Shown: positions 18,569 to 28,448 of the stretch, piece by piece
Numbering within the stretch: the stretch's first letter is position 1
Layout of the letters: the number at the start of each line of letters is the position of its first letter
Source: a virus
Reading direction: 5' to 3' (one strand)
IMG/VR virus record: IMGVR_UViG_3300031787_011232
Location: 4,768 to 68,767 of that record
Length of the DNA: 64,000 bases
Translations under genes and position numbers: made by a program
Notes under the pieces: generated by a model
What the model saw: the letters and a program-made list of their open reading frames with translations, nothing else
Told to the model about the DNA's origin: nothing
Databases searched by the model: none

Positions 18569-20232
18569 TGAAAATACTAAAGATAGAATGGAAGAATTTT
18601 TCTTCTTACGGAAATAAAAAGCAGTCTCTTTCTTTCACCGAAGCAAATGGTCTTTTTCAAATCATCGGGGAAAACGGAGCAGGTAAATCTTCCATATCCC
18701 AGGTAATTACTTTTGGACTTTATGGTAAGATAGAAGGTAAAAAACTTTCCGATATACCAAATAGAATAAATGGACACGCAGAGGTTTCTATAGAATTTGA
18801 ATCAAACGGAAATATAGTAAGAGTAGAAAGAGGACTTGAGCCTTCTTATTTAAATCTCCATTTAAATGGAGTTCTTTACGATCAAGCAGGATCTAGAAAC
18901 GTACAAGATTACCTTACTGAGGATCTTATAGGAATACCCTATTATGTGTTTAACAACACTATCTCTTTATCTATAAATGATTTTAAATCTTTTATTAAAA
19001 TGAGTCCTCAGGACAAAAGAGCTATAGTAGACAAGATATTCGGATTTCAAATTCTTAATAGAATGAGGGATACTTTGAAAGAAGAATCTAAAAAAATAAA
19101 AGATCGCCTTGATGTTATATCTGGAAATTTAGAATCTGTAAATAATTCCATTCTTAAATCGAATAAAGAAATGGATTCTTTATTGAATGAGATAGAAGAA
19201 GAAGCAAAGGAAGAAATTAATAGTCTTAATGAGGAATTAAATAAATTTAAAACCCTCCAGAATATTCACAGTAAACACATAGAAGATTTTAAGAATGACG
19301 AATCCGATTTTTATTCTTTAATGAAAGAATCCAATCAGACTTTAGTTGAGAATAGATCTTCCTACCAGGATTTATCCAGAAGACTTAAGCTATATGAATT
19401 AGACAAATGCCCAACCTGTGAAAGCTCTTTAGATACTGAATTCCATAAATCCGCAAAAGATTCTTTCTCCGAAGAAAAAGAAAAATATTCAGAAAAAATA
19501 AAGGAATTAGAATCGGTTTTATCGGATCTTAGAATTAAAGAAAATGAAATCAAATCCCGGAAGAATGATCTTATTTCTAAAGGAGCAAAAATAGAAACTC
19601 GGATATCTACTATAATAAGAGATCTTAAAAAAATAGAAAATAAAGATAGTGATAAGCAAATTCAAGCTTTAAAAAGAATTATAGAAAACATGGAGCTGGA
19701 TAGAGAAAATCTGTCAAATGAATCATTTAAAACCGAGGAAAAAAATAATTGGCTGAGACTACTTGACGATATATTAGGAGAAAGGGGGGTTAAACAGATG
19801 GCGGTTAAAACCATATTGCCTTCTTTAAATTCAGAAATATTTGATCTAATGAGGGAAATGCACTTGGATTATCAAGTTATATTCGATGAAGAATTTAAAG
19901 CATCTCTTTATCACATGGGTATTGAAATTCCAATCCAGACTTTAAGTACTGGAGAAATGAAAAAAATAGATTTTGTTGTTTTAATTTCTATAATGAAACT
20001 TATGAAATTGAAATTTAGTTCTATAAATCTTCTTTTTCTAGATGAATTATTTAGTTCTGTAGATCCAGATGGGGTTCATTCTATACTTAAAATACTCCAA
20101 AAAAGTTCTAGAGATATGGGATTAAATATCTTTGTTATAAATCACGCCCCAATGCCTCATGAAATATTTGATTGGAAATTAGAAGTATCTAAAACCAATA
20201 ATTTTTCTTCTATACTTCTAGATAAATTCTAA
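18568..20232 (+). CDS. gp46: Rad50/SbcC-like ATPase
   Basis: KNFSSYG, GENGAGKS, coiled coil with CPTC hook, LSTGE, LFLDE, INH. Confidence 0.93.
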   Translation: MKILKIEWKNFSSYGNKKQSLSFTEANGLFQIIGENGAGKSSISQVITFGLYGKIEGKKLSDIPNRINGHAEVSIEFESNGNIVRVERGLEPSYLNLHLNGVLYDQAGSRNVQDYLTEDLIGIPYYVFNNTISLSINDFKSFIKMSPQDKRAIVDKIFGFQILNRMRDTLKEESKKIKDRLDVISGNLESVNNSILKSNKEMDSLLNEIEEEAKEEINSLNEELNKFKTLQNIHSKHIEDFKNDESDFYSLMKESNQTLVENRSSYQDLSRRLKLYELDKCPTCESSLDTEFHKSAKDSFSEEKEKYSEKIKELESVLSDLRIKENEIKSRKNDLISKGAKIETRISTIIRDLKKIENKDSDKQIQALKRIIENMELDRENLSNESFKTEEKNNWLRLLDDILGERGVKQMAVKTILPSLNSEIFDLMREMHLDYQVIFDEEFKASLYHMGIEIPIQTLSTGEMKKIDFVVLISIMKLMKLKFSSINLLFLDELFSSVDPDGVHSILKILQKSSRDMGLNIFVINHAPMPHEIFDWKLEVSKTNNFSSILLDKF

Positions 20233-20245
20233 TTTTTCTTTTTCT

Positions 20246-20253
20246 GATATATA
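20246..20253 (+). promoter_or_regulatory. Late promoter candidate GATATATA
   Basis: Upstream of 20269. Confidence 0.65.
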
Positions 20254-20268
20254 TGGAAAAGAAAAGAA

Positions 20269-21156
20269 TTGAGACCCAGACAAACCCCGAATACAAGTAA
20301 AAACTTAAGCTCTAGACAGAAGCAAGATCAACTTCTAAAAGAAAATAGTAAAATAGCAGGATTGAATAAAATTCCTGTGAATCTTTTTGAAGAAAATAGT
20401 AGCGGGGAAGGACTTTTCGGAACTGGAAAACTCAAGGAAAGACCAAAACTACCTATTCCTTTTACCGATAAGGTAAATTCACAAGGAAGACCCGTATTTA
20501 ATGAAGTTCAAAATTTTTCTTATTTTTTCGTTAAATTTGACAGTCCTAATGGGGTTGGAATAGGAGCTTTAATTAAAAATTTCATAGTAGTTAATACATT
20601 AAACCCAATGACTACTGTGGATTTTTCCCAAATGTCGGGATATCCAATATCTAATATTTCTTCTCTTACTTTATCTGATTACGAGACTGGATCTTTTACC
20701 CATCCGACTTACAGAAACAATTCGGGAAATTTTTTATCCGTAAGATATTCTGAAATATCTTTACTTAAGCAAAGAACCCCTGGAAGGCTTGACGATACCC
20801 CTATAGGGTATCCGGATTTTGATTCTACCCCAAATACAATAATTTCTAGAAAAGGACCTTATCCTTCTGCTCCTTATACTAATTTTTCTACTGCAACGGG
20901 ATCGACTTCTACAGTTACTATAGTTCCTGGAGGAACTGTAGAATTTAAAGACACTAGTCCTTATCTTCCCTTTAATGCAGGACCTACAGGATGGAATTGG
21001 GATTTCGGGGCAACTGCTTCCCCTACTGGAAGTACGGCTCAAAATCCTATGGTCACTTACGGGGTTACTGGAATTTATAGCGTAACTTTAACTGCTTCCA
21101 ATTCTACCGGATCTACGACATTTACGAGAACTAATTTTATAAACGTAACTTTTTAA
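20269..21156 (+). CDS. PKD-domain virion protein
   Basis: C-terminal VEFKDTS...WNWDFG...STAQNP..TY...GIYSVTLTASN; TTG start. Confidence 0.75.
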   Translation: MRPRQTPNTSKNLSSRQKQDQLLKENSKIAGLNKIPVNLFEENSSGEGLFGTGKLKERPKLPIPFTDKVNSQGRPVFNEVQNFSYFFVKFDSPNGVGIGALIKNFIVVNTLNPMTTVDFSQMSGYPISNISSLTLSDYETGSFTHPTYRNNSGNFLSVRYSEISLLKQRTPGRLDDTPIGYPDFDSTPNTIISRKGPYPSAPYTNFSTATGSTSTVTIVPGGTVEFKDTSPYLPFNAGPTGWNWDFGATASPTGSTAQNPMVTYGVTGIYSVTLTASNSTGSTTFTRTNFINVTF

Positions 21157-21160
21157 TTTT

Positions 21161-21907
21161 ATGAGCGGATTTTTAGAAAAATATAACATGGATGATGTTT
21201 TTTTAAGAAATTTAATAGTTGCACTGTTAAATTCTCTTAATGACAGACTTAAGTATATCCAGGTTAACGATCAACAAGAAGTTTTGGAAGTTTATGTTCC
21301 TTTTTATTTTTCTCTAACCGGAGATGAGCCTTTTTTACAAGATAATTTTTTGGAATATGTAAATTGCAAAACGGACGAAATTCACGCAGAAGGAAATTAC
21401 GATATAATACCTAGAGGAGTTGTTACTTTCGGGGGAGTTGATTTAGATACTGGGGGTCTTACGAATAAATTTACAAGAATGAATTATACCGTGGAAGATA
21501 AAACGGGACAGATGAAAACTTTTTCTTCCTACACAAATTCTATCCCATTGAATGTTCCTTTCACGGTAGCTATGAAAACCGATACTCTTTTGGATGCTTT
21601 TAAGTTATTCCAGAGCGCTGTTACTATATTTTACAAAACTTATACTTTTAGTTTTGAATATGAAGGGTTTAGAATTCCGGTTCAAGTCGGGTTTCCTGAA
21701 CAATACGAGATAACAAAAAGTACAGAATTTACTTTTCAAAGCAACCCTCCTTTTATAGATTTTAATTTTTCTCTAGCTCTTGAAACTTATTTCCCTGAAA
21801 AAGATCTATCTACGGAAAGATTTAAAGGTAATATTATGAGAAGCGGAATAAAGATGAATTTAAAAACGGGAGAAACTTCTTCAGATGACGGAAGAGAATT
21901 ACTTTAA
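21161..21907 (+). CDS. Tail sheath terminator/stabilizer, gp15-like
   Basis: FLRNLIVALLN, VYVPFYF, IPR, IPLNVPF, ETYFP resemble T4-like gp15; position among structural genes. Confidence 0.6.
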   Translation: MSGFLEKYNMDDVFLRNLIVALLNSLNDRLKYIQVNDQQEVLEVYVPFYFSLTGDEPFLQDNFLEYVNCKTDEIHAEGNYDIIPRGVVTFGGVDLDTGGLTNKFTRMNYTVEDKTGQMKTFSSYTNSIPLNVPFTVAMKTDTLLDAFKLFQSAVTIFYKTYTFSFEYEGFRIPVQVGFPEQYEITKSTEFTFQSNPPFIDFNFSLALETYFPEKDLSTERFKGNIMRSGIKMNLKTGETSSDDGRELL

Positions 21908-21914
21908 TTCTTTA

Positions 21915-21922
21915 GATATATA
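21915..21922 (+). promoter_or_regulatory. Late promoter candidate GATATATA
   Basis: Upstream of collagen fibre gene. Confidence 0.65.
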
Positions 21923-21936
21923 AGAAAAAAAATCAG

Positions 21937-24324
21937 ATGGCTTTTAGAGTACAGATAAGAAGAGATACCGCTTTAAATTGGACAACTAACGATCCTATTC
22001 TTTTAGATGGAGAATTTGGATACGAAACAGATACCGGAAGGTATAAAATAGGAAATGGAATAGACACTTGGAGCGATCTAATTTACTCTTTAGTCGGTAT
22101 AACAGGAGCAACAGGTTCTCAAGGACCAACAGGATCTACAGGACCAACAGGTTCTCAAGGGCCAACAGGATCTACAGGACCAACAGGTTCTCAAGGCCCA
22201 ACAGGATCTACAGGACCAACTGGAGCAGATTCTAATGTTCCTGGTCCTACTGGACCTACTGGACCCCAGGGATTTATAGGATTACAAGGTCCAACGGGTT
22301 CCCAAGGAATACAAGGCCCAACGGGGAATACGGGCCCTCAAGGATATGGATCCGGTAAATTGTATTATTTTAATACCTCAATTTCAGGATCTTTACCTAT
22401 TCCATCAGGGACTTATTATCAAATTTCTCCCAATCAATCCGGATCCGGTTTAACCTCCGCAAGCCAAACTATAGCTAGTGGTGCTACCGGGTATATTTCT
22501 AATTATATAACGGATTTAAATGATCCGGGTATATCCGTTCTTCCGGGAGGAAGAATCTCGTTTTATCTACACCTAGATTCTTTTAATGGAGGAAATTTTG
22601 ATATAAATACCGATATATTTATATGGGACGGAATTACAGAAACATATTTTGGAAGTTCTGATGTAATTTCAGTATTTTTGCCGAATTCTTCTATCGGGAA
22701 TCCTTTAATGGTAAATAGTGATCTAATAGCTCCTACTACTTCTCTTAATCTAAATGATAGATTTGTAGTAAAAATAGTTGCAAAAAATAATAATTTATCA
22801 ACCGATACTGTATATTTTTACAGCGAAGGATCACAAGAATATAGTTACGTAATTACCCCCATTTCTCCTTCCGGAGGGCCAATTGGGCCAACTGGACCGA
22901 TAGGTCCAACTGGAAATATAGGACCAACTGGACCGATAGGTCCAACTGGAAATATAGGACCAACTGGGGATATAGGACCAACTGGGGATATAGGACCAAC
23001 TGGGGATATAGGACCAACTGGGGATATAGGACCAACGGGTCCTATAGGGTTAACCGGAGATATAGGATCAACCGGTCCAACCGGAAATACAGGTCCAATT
23101 GGTCCAGCCGGTCCAACCGGTCCAATTGGTGCGACTGGTTTTGGCGGGGCTCAAGGAAGTTATGCTTATTTATATTCTGATACGACACAAATTAATGGGG
23201 GGACTTCTTCTTCAAATCTAGTAAATTACGATTCTATGTCTTCTTCTCCGGATATATCTTATATCGGAGGATCTATTATATTTGATACTTCTGGAATTTA
23301 TAGTTTTCAAATTTCTGCACAAGCTCTTAAGGGATCTTCAGGATCCCAAAGTATAAATTTCTGGTTATCCCAAAATTCTGTAGAAGTTCCTAATTCTAGA
23401 CTAATACAAAGCATGTCTAGTACTACTTCTAATGGAATATACAATAGGGAATATCTTGTAAACGTATCCTCGGGAGACATATTGGAGGTTTATTGGAGTT
23501 CTACGGATCCTTTAATGTCTTTAATATATAATCCTTCTACGGTATCTCCTTCCAGACCAGAACAACCTTCTTTTTCTTTAACTATACATCAAGTTCTCTA
23601 TACCCAGCTTGGACCTACTGGACCTACTGGTCCCTCAGGAGGACCTATTGGCCCTACTGGCCCTACGGGAATAACAGGAATTCAAGGAGATTTAGGGCCT
23701 ACTGGTCCTACGGGTAATATCGGGGATCCTGGTCCTACTGGTCCTACTGGTCCCCCAGGAGGACCTATTGGACCTACTGGACCTACTGGTCCTACGGGAA
23801 TTCAAGGAGATTTAGGACCTACTGGTCCTACGGGTAATATCGGAGATCCTGGTCCTACTGGTCCTACTGGACCTTCAGTTGCATATTCTTCAGGAAATAA
23901 GATAATACAAAATTGGACTTTTTTCAACGGGACTCAAAATACAACAGGAGCTACAACTTTTCAATCTCTTCAAAGATTTATAATGGATTTAGGAAATACG
24001 GCTAAATGGAATCCCACAAATTGTTCCCTTCCTGTCATAACAGTAAGTTTTTTAGGATGGATATCTTCCGCAGCAGGAGGAGCAGTTGCAGAATTTGAAC
24101 TATATAATAACGATACTTCTACCTCTATTTCAGGTTCCCAGGTTACCACTTCTGCAGCATCCGAAGGATCCGCTGTAGTTGTTACCTCAGGCCCTCTAAA
24201 CCAATCGGATTTTCCTAACCTTACAACTTCACAGGTACAAGTTAGATTCAGGAGAAATGGGGGAAGTGGAGGAACTGTAAATATAAAATCAATACTAATC
24301 CAAGCGGAATGGACAGTAAATTAA
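21937..24324 (+). CDS. Collagen-like fibre protein with Mtd_N-like anchor, three G-P-T collagen tracts and a C1q/BclA-like domain
   Basis: [36 protein letters not shown]; (G-X-Y)n tracts; [11 protein letters not shown]-containing globular domain. Confidence 0.85.
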   Translation: MAFRVQIRRDTALNWTTNDPILLDGEFGYETDTGRYKIGNGIDTWSDLIYSLVGITGATGSQGPTGSTGPTGSQGPTGSTGPTGSQGPTGSTGPTGADSNVPGPTGPTGPQGFIGLQGPTGSQGIQGPTGNTGPQGYGSGKLYYFNTSISGSLPIPSGTYYQISPNQSGSGLTSASQTIASGATGYISNYITDLNDPGISVLPGGRISFYLHLDSFNGGNFDINTDIFIWDGITETYFGSSDVISVFLPNSSIGNPLMVNSDLIAPTTSLNLNDRFVVKIVAKNNNLSTDTVYFYSEGSQEYSYVITPISPSGGPIGPTGPIGPTGNIGPTGPIGPTGNIGPTGDIGPTGDIGPTGDIGPTGDIGPTGPIGLTGDIGSTGPTGNTGPIGPAGPTGPIGATGFGGAQGSYAYLYSDTTQINGGTSSSNLVNYDSMSSSPDISYIGGSIIFDTSGIYSFQISAQALKGSSGSQSINFWLSQNSVEVPNSRLIQSMSSTTSNGIYNREYLVNVSSGDILEVYWSSTDPLMSLIYNPSTVSPSRPEQPSFSLTIHQVLYTQLGPTGPTGPSGGPIGPTGPTGITGIQGDLGPTGPTGNIGDPGPTGPTGPPGGPIGPTGPTGPTGIQGDLGPTGPTGNIGDPGPTGPTGPSVAYSSGNKIIQNWTFFNGTQNTTGATTFQSLQRFIMDLGNTAKWNPTNCSLPVITVSFLGWISSAAGGAVAEFELYNNDTSTSISGSQVTTSAASEGSAVVVTSGPLNQSDFPNLTTSQVQVRFRRNGGSGGTVNIKSILIQAEWTVN
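22111..22218 (+). repeat. 36-nt coding tandem repeat x3 ([12 protein letters not shown])
   Basis: ACAGGTTCTCAAGGnCCAACAGGATCTACAGGACCA at 22111, 22147, 22183. Confidence 0.9.
22957..23028 (+). repeat. 18-nt coding tandem repeat x4 (GPTGDI)
   Basis: GGACCAACTGGGGATATA four exact copies. Confidence 0.9.
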
Positions 24325-24336
24325 AAATAAAAAAAG

Positions 24337-24537
24337 ATGGAAATTAAATATTTTTCAACTTCCTATATAGGGGATATGGAAAGAATAAGAGAAAGAATTT
24401 TCTTTTATTTAGAAAGAAATAATTTTATAATTGAAGTTGATGATTGTGTAATTTTAACTTTCGAAGAAGAACTTACCAAAGAAGAATTTTTAAAAGTAGA
24501 AATTTCTATGTGTAGTATGGGGTATGTTAGATATTAA
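24337..24537 (+). CDS. Small hypothetical protein
   Basis: A-rich leader and ATG, follows fibre gene. Confidence 0.45.
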   Translation: MEIKYFSTSYIGDMERIRERIFFYLERNNFIIEVDDCVILTFEEELTKEEFLKVEISMCSMGYVRY

Positions 24538-24553
24538 AAAATATTTTTACGTC

Positions 24554-24581
24554 GAAACTATTTTAATTATTTTTGTATAAT
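24554..24581 (+). promoter_or_regulatory. Class A promoter candidate, GAAAC-N17-TATAAT
   Basis: Recurrent motif upstream of 24594. Confidence 0.65.
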
Positions 24582-24593
24582 AAATAAAAAAAT

Positions 24594-24866
24594 ATGTCAG
24601 AAGAAATTAAGATAAACGAAGAATTATTTTCAGAAATTGAAAAATTGAAAACCGAATTGACTGAAAACATTATTAAAATCGGTAGATTGAGAATTGAGAT
24701 TTCTTTATACGAAAAAGATCTTCACCTAATGAATTTACAGCTCGGAAATCTTTGCGATGAAGCAGAAAAAATTAGAACAAGAGAAATAGAGTTAAAAAAG
24801 AAATTAGATGAGCAATATGGACCTTGTGAATATAATTTTGAAACCGGAACTATAAAAATATTATAA
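24594..24866 (+). CDS. Small coiled-coil hypothetical protein
   Basis: Heptad pattern; own promoter. Confidence 0.6.
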   Translation: MSEEIKINEELFSEIEKLKTELTENIIKIGRLRIEISLYEKDLHLMNLQLGNLCDEAEKIRTREIELKKKLDEQYGPCEYNFETGTIKIL

Positions 24867-24890
24867 CACAAATCGATTTTGTTCGCTTAG

Positions 24891-24898
24891 GATATATA
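24891..24898 (+). promoter_or_regulatory. Late promoter candidate GATATATA
   Basis: Upstream of 24915. Confidence 0.65.
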
Positions 24899-24914
24899 AT
24901 AATAAATAGCGGAC

Positions 24915-27632
24915 ATGAATTTTTATCCCCAGGACAAATTTCCTAAAAAAGGAACCCCAGTATATAACGGAAACGGTGAACAATACAATTTATCGGATCC
25001 CAGATATGCTTATCAGGATGGGCTACAAAATACAAAAAAATATAAAGAAAGTTCTACTGGAAATCTTTATTCCACGATAGATTCTGCTTTAGCAAGAGCT
25101 AAACAAATTGGATGCGAAGGGTATCATCAAGTAACCCAAGACGGAATTTCTTATTATAAGCCATGTTCAACTTCTAATGAATATGATTTAAGAATAGAGC
25201 AATTGGATAGTTCTCTTAATTTCACTTATATTGGGAATTATAGAGTTCTTACCTGGGATACCCCATTCGAAAGAGCTACATCATATAACGGATGGATAAT
25301 AAATACTTTAAATAGTAACAACGACGGAGTTGCTTTAGATTCAGAAGATATTTCTATAGAATTTAGATATTCTGTAGATGGAAAAACCTGGTCTTTGTGG
25401 GAAAACGTTGGTACCGCATTAAACGGATTAACTAATAATTTTTCAGAGGTTTATCAAATACCTTTAGATCCAAATAATAAATTCTATCCGGAATTCAGAT
25501 TTACCTCTATTTTAAAAAATCCAGATGGAACTTTTATAGAAATCCCGGATTCTCCTATGGATTCTAATATAATAATAACTCAATTTGAGCTAGATATAAC
25601 TTATGGGGATTCCATAGAAATTCCTATAGTTTATCCTTCACCTATATGTTCTAATGAAATATCCAAAAGACCTATAATATTTTCCGATTGCAAATTTACT
25701 TTTAGACCTTATAATGTCAATAAAGCAGTTAATCTATATAACGATCTTAGTTATATGGTTAATAATATTTTTGGTTTTGATGTGAATTATTATTCGGTCC
25801 AACCCCAAGCAAGGGGGAGAGATGTTTCCCTCAGGGAATATACTATATTTGATGTCGTAGATGAAAAATGTGTCAAAGTAATGGTTCCGGGAAATCAATT
25901 TCCTGATAATAAAATAAATTTTGACCCTTTTGGATTACAGTTCGATGAACCTTTTGAAATACATATAGATAAAAGATATTTTGAGCAAAATTTTGGTAAT
26001 GGATCCCAGCCAAGAAAAAGAGATATAATTTATTTTCCTTTAACTAATAGAATATACGAAATAAATTCTATGTATCTTTTTAGGGATTTTATGTATTCCC
26101 CGGTTTATTTCAAAATAGAGCTTAAAAAATATCAGCCTAAGAGCAATACGTATTACCAGGATCCTGCTTACAAAGAAGAATTGGAAGGGATAGCTTTAAC
26201 TACGGAATCTTTATTTGGACAAGAAATATCGGAAGAGGAAAAGAAGATAGCAAAACCCCAACAATATGGAACTATAAATTCTCTAAGCCAGGACTTAGTT
26301 AGATCTTATATTTATAAAGATCTTTCTATAGTTGGGTACGATCTAAATAATAATTGGACTATAGTTTTTAATCACTATTACGATTTATCTTCCGCATTTA
26401 ACTACGTTCCTCAATTTACTACGGAAGCAGGAAGCTATAGAAATGCAATAAGATATAAGCAATTTCCTAAATTATCTTCCGGAGAAGAACTTGCTTATAC
26501 TTGTTGGTTTTCTATGAAAAATATTTACAACCCCCAAAGTCTTTCTAAGAGCTCTTATCCGGTAAGAAATATTTCTTTAGTTAGCAGTACTCCTAGCATT
26601 CTTACTTTCTCTTCTTCCCCTGCTAAGCACGGTCTTTCTACGTGGACTTCCTATTCAAATAATCCCGAAGGATATGTTTCTGTATTAGGAGATCAGACAC
26701 ATACCGGAGGATATAAAGTCAGAAGCGTAATAGACGATTATACTTTTACCGTGGAAAATAAGTCTACTAATTTTTCACAAGTTCCTATAACTTGGAAAAT
26801 GCAAAAGGCTCAAAGTAGAAATTTGATAGATGGAATTTATACTTTAGATGGAAACTCATACGGATTAAGAATTGATATAATACACTCAGGGGTAACTGAC
26901 GATAAAGGAATAAATTTTTTAAATAGCGGAAGTTTTTTAATAAAAATAAATGATGAAGAATATAATTCTACTCTTCAATTTACACCTACCTATTCGGAAT
27001 GGTACGGAATTGTATTTAATCTTTCCAATAAATATAAACAAATATCAATAAATGGATGGGCTTTGTCTTATAATCCCGAAGACACATTAGAACAATCCTC
27101 CAATCTCTCTTTGGTCCATCAAGATCTCAGAAGCTTCGTGGATAATTTCATTTTTGAAGCACCGCCAAATCCCCAGCCTTCTTATCTTTCTAGTTCGGAT
27201 TCATATTTTGAATTGGGAGCATCAGGAAGTTTATCGATAGAAAAAGAATTGCCTTATATTCCTGGACAATCTATTAACATCTATAAATCAGCTAGCAATT
27301 ACCAAATCTCTAATGTCGTATCTTATAATTCTGTAACAGGATCTTTATCTTTTGACGACCCGAGTACTATAATAGGAGGAACTGGATCTACTGGATTTAA
27401 TTGGATAGTTAATTTAACAGAAGATCCTTTTTACGGAACCGATAATAATACTTACAAGATATGGACAGGACCAATATACTTAAGTAATGTGAGATTATTT
27501 AAAAATATGATAGATATAGATGTACAGTCCACGGTATTAAACCAAAATATAGTTAGAGACGAACAAAATTCAATAATAATTGATAATTGTAAGCCTTTAT
27601 TAGGATTGCCTAAATTTGCAAGAAATAGATAA
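24915..27632 (+). CDS. Multidomain neck/head-completion protein with gp14-like core
   Basis: FGFDVNYY...FGLQFDEPFEIHIDKRYF...PRKRDIIYFPLTNRIYEI; extra N- and C-terminal beta-rich domains. Confidence 0.7.
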   Translation: MNFYPQDKFPKKGTPVYNGNGEQYNLSDPRYAYQDGLQNTKKYKESSTGNLYSTIDSALARAKQIGCEGYHQVTQDGISYYKPCSTSNEYDLRIEQLDSSLNFTYIGNYRVLTWDTPFERATSYNGWIINTLNSNNDGVALDSEDISIEFRYSVDGKTWSLWENVGTALNGLTNNFSEVYQIPLDPNNKFYPEFRFTSILKNPDGTFIEIPDSPMDSNIIITQFELDITYGDSIEIPIVYPSPICSNEISKRPIIFSDCKFTFRPYNVNKAVNLYNDLSYMVNNIFGFDVNYYSVQPQARGRDVSLREYTIFDVVDEKCVKVMVPGNQFPDNKINFDPFGLQFDEPFEIHIDKRYFEQNFGNGSQPRKRDIIYFPLTNRIYEINSMYLFRDFMYSPVYFKIELKKYQPKSNTYYQDPAYKEELEGIALTTESLFGQEISEEEKKIAKPQQYGTINSLSQDLVRSYIYKDLSIVGYDLNNNWTIVFNHYYDLSSAFNYVPQFTTEAGSYRNAIRYKQFPKLSSGEELAYTCWFSMKNIYNPQSLSKSSYPVRNISLVSSTPSILTFSSSPAKHGLSTWTSYSNNPEGYVSVLGDQTHTGGYKVRSVIDDYTFTVENKSTNFSQVPITWKMQKAQSRNLIDGIYTLDGNSYGLRIDIIHSGVTDDKGINFLNSGSFLIKINDEEYNSTLQFTPTYSEWYGIVFNLSNKYKQISINGWALSYNPEDTLEQSSNLSLVHQDLRSFVDNFIFEAPPNPQPSYLSSSDSYFELGASGSLSIEKELPYIPGQSINIYKSASNYQISNVVSYNSVTGSLSFDDPSTIIGGTGSTGFNWIVNLTEDPFYGTDNNTYKIWTGPIYLSNVRLFKNMIDIDVQSTVLNQNIVRDEQNSIIIDNCKPLLGLPKFARNR

Positions 27633-27635
27633 TTT

Positions 27636-28439
27636 ATGCCTAGAAGAAAACCGAAACCGGAAAAAGTCATAGAAGAAAAAATAAAAGAAAATCTAGATTC
27701 TATAATTATGGAGGAATCTTTAGATTCTGTTATAGATGCTAATACCACAGATCTTCCAAGATTAAAATCTACGGATTTAATGGATTACAATGAAGAAAAA
27801 TCTACGGCTTTCACCGAAGCAAAAACTCTATTGGATTCTTTAACTAATTTTTATGTAGATCCAGATAAAATGGGATCTGCTGATCATCTAGAACAAAAGA
27901 AAAAAATGGACGCAGTAAATCTTTCGGCCATGATGTTCCAGCTAAAATCTGCTCAGCACGCCATAACCAAAATTCTTGAAGAAATAGAACTAGGGAATAC
28001 GCATCCTCGTCTCTTTGAAGTTTTAGGACAGCTACAATCCCAAATAATGCAAATGCCAAAGGATTATCAGACCTACATGGATAAAATGGAGCAGGGATAT
28101 AAAAGACTAAGAAATGAAATAGATCAAAAAAATCATAATAATGGTATATCTATGGAAAGATCACAAGAAGGAGATCTTTATATACCATCATCTTCTTCCA
28201 GTGAATCGGGAACTATAAAAAGTAGAGGAACTAAAAACATGATGGAGGGTTTAAGAGAATTATTGGGAGGAGAAATACAGGATGTTAAACCAGTAGAAAT
28301 TGACGAAGAAAAAATAAAAGATTTAGATCCTAATAGTGTAGTTAATGCTAGGTATAAAAAAATAATTGATGTAGATAGAATCTCTTCGGACGATCAGGAA
28401 TCGGAAGACGAATACACATTGGATGACGATCTTTTCTAA
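27636..28439 (+). CDS. Terminase small subunit, gp16-like
   Basis: HPRLFEVLGQL resembles the T4 gp16 PR..EV motif; directly upstream of large terminase. Confidence 0.6.
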   Translation: MPRRKPKPEKVIEEKIKENLDSIIMEESLDSVIDANTTDLPRLKSTDLMDYNEEKSTAFTEAKTLLDSLTNFYVDPDKMGSADHLEQKKKMDAVNLSAMMFQLKSAQHAITKILEEIELGNTHPRLFEVLGQLQSQIMQMPKDYQTYMDKMEQGYKRLRNEIDQKNHNNGISMERSQEGDLYIPSSSSSESGTIKSRGTKNMMEGLRELLGGEIQDVKPVEIDEEKIKDLDPNSVVNARYKKIIDVDRISSDDQESEDEYTLDDDLF

Positions 28440-28448
28440 TCCCTCTAT

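Noticed and set aside
21937-22090. Mtd_N domain as sign of a diversity-generating retroelement
   Set aside because: No reverse transcriptase and no TR/VR pair with adenine-specific mismatches seen in the window
22853-23035. Minus-strand ORF with PQLVLY repeats
   Set aside because: Antisense shadow of the GPTGDI collagen repeat
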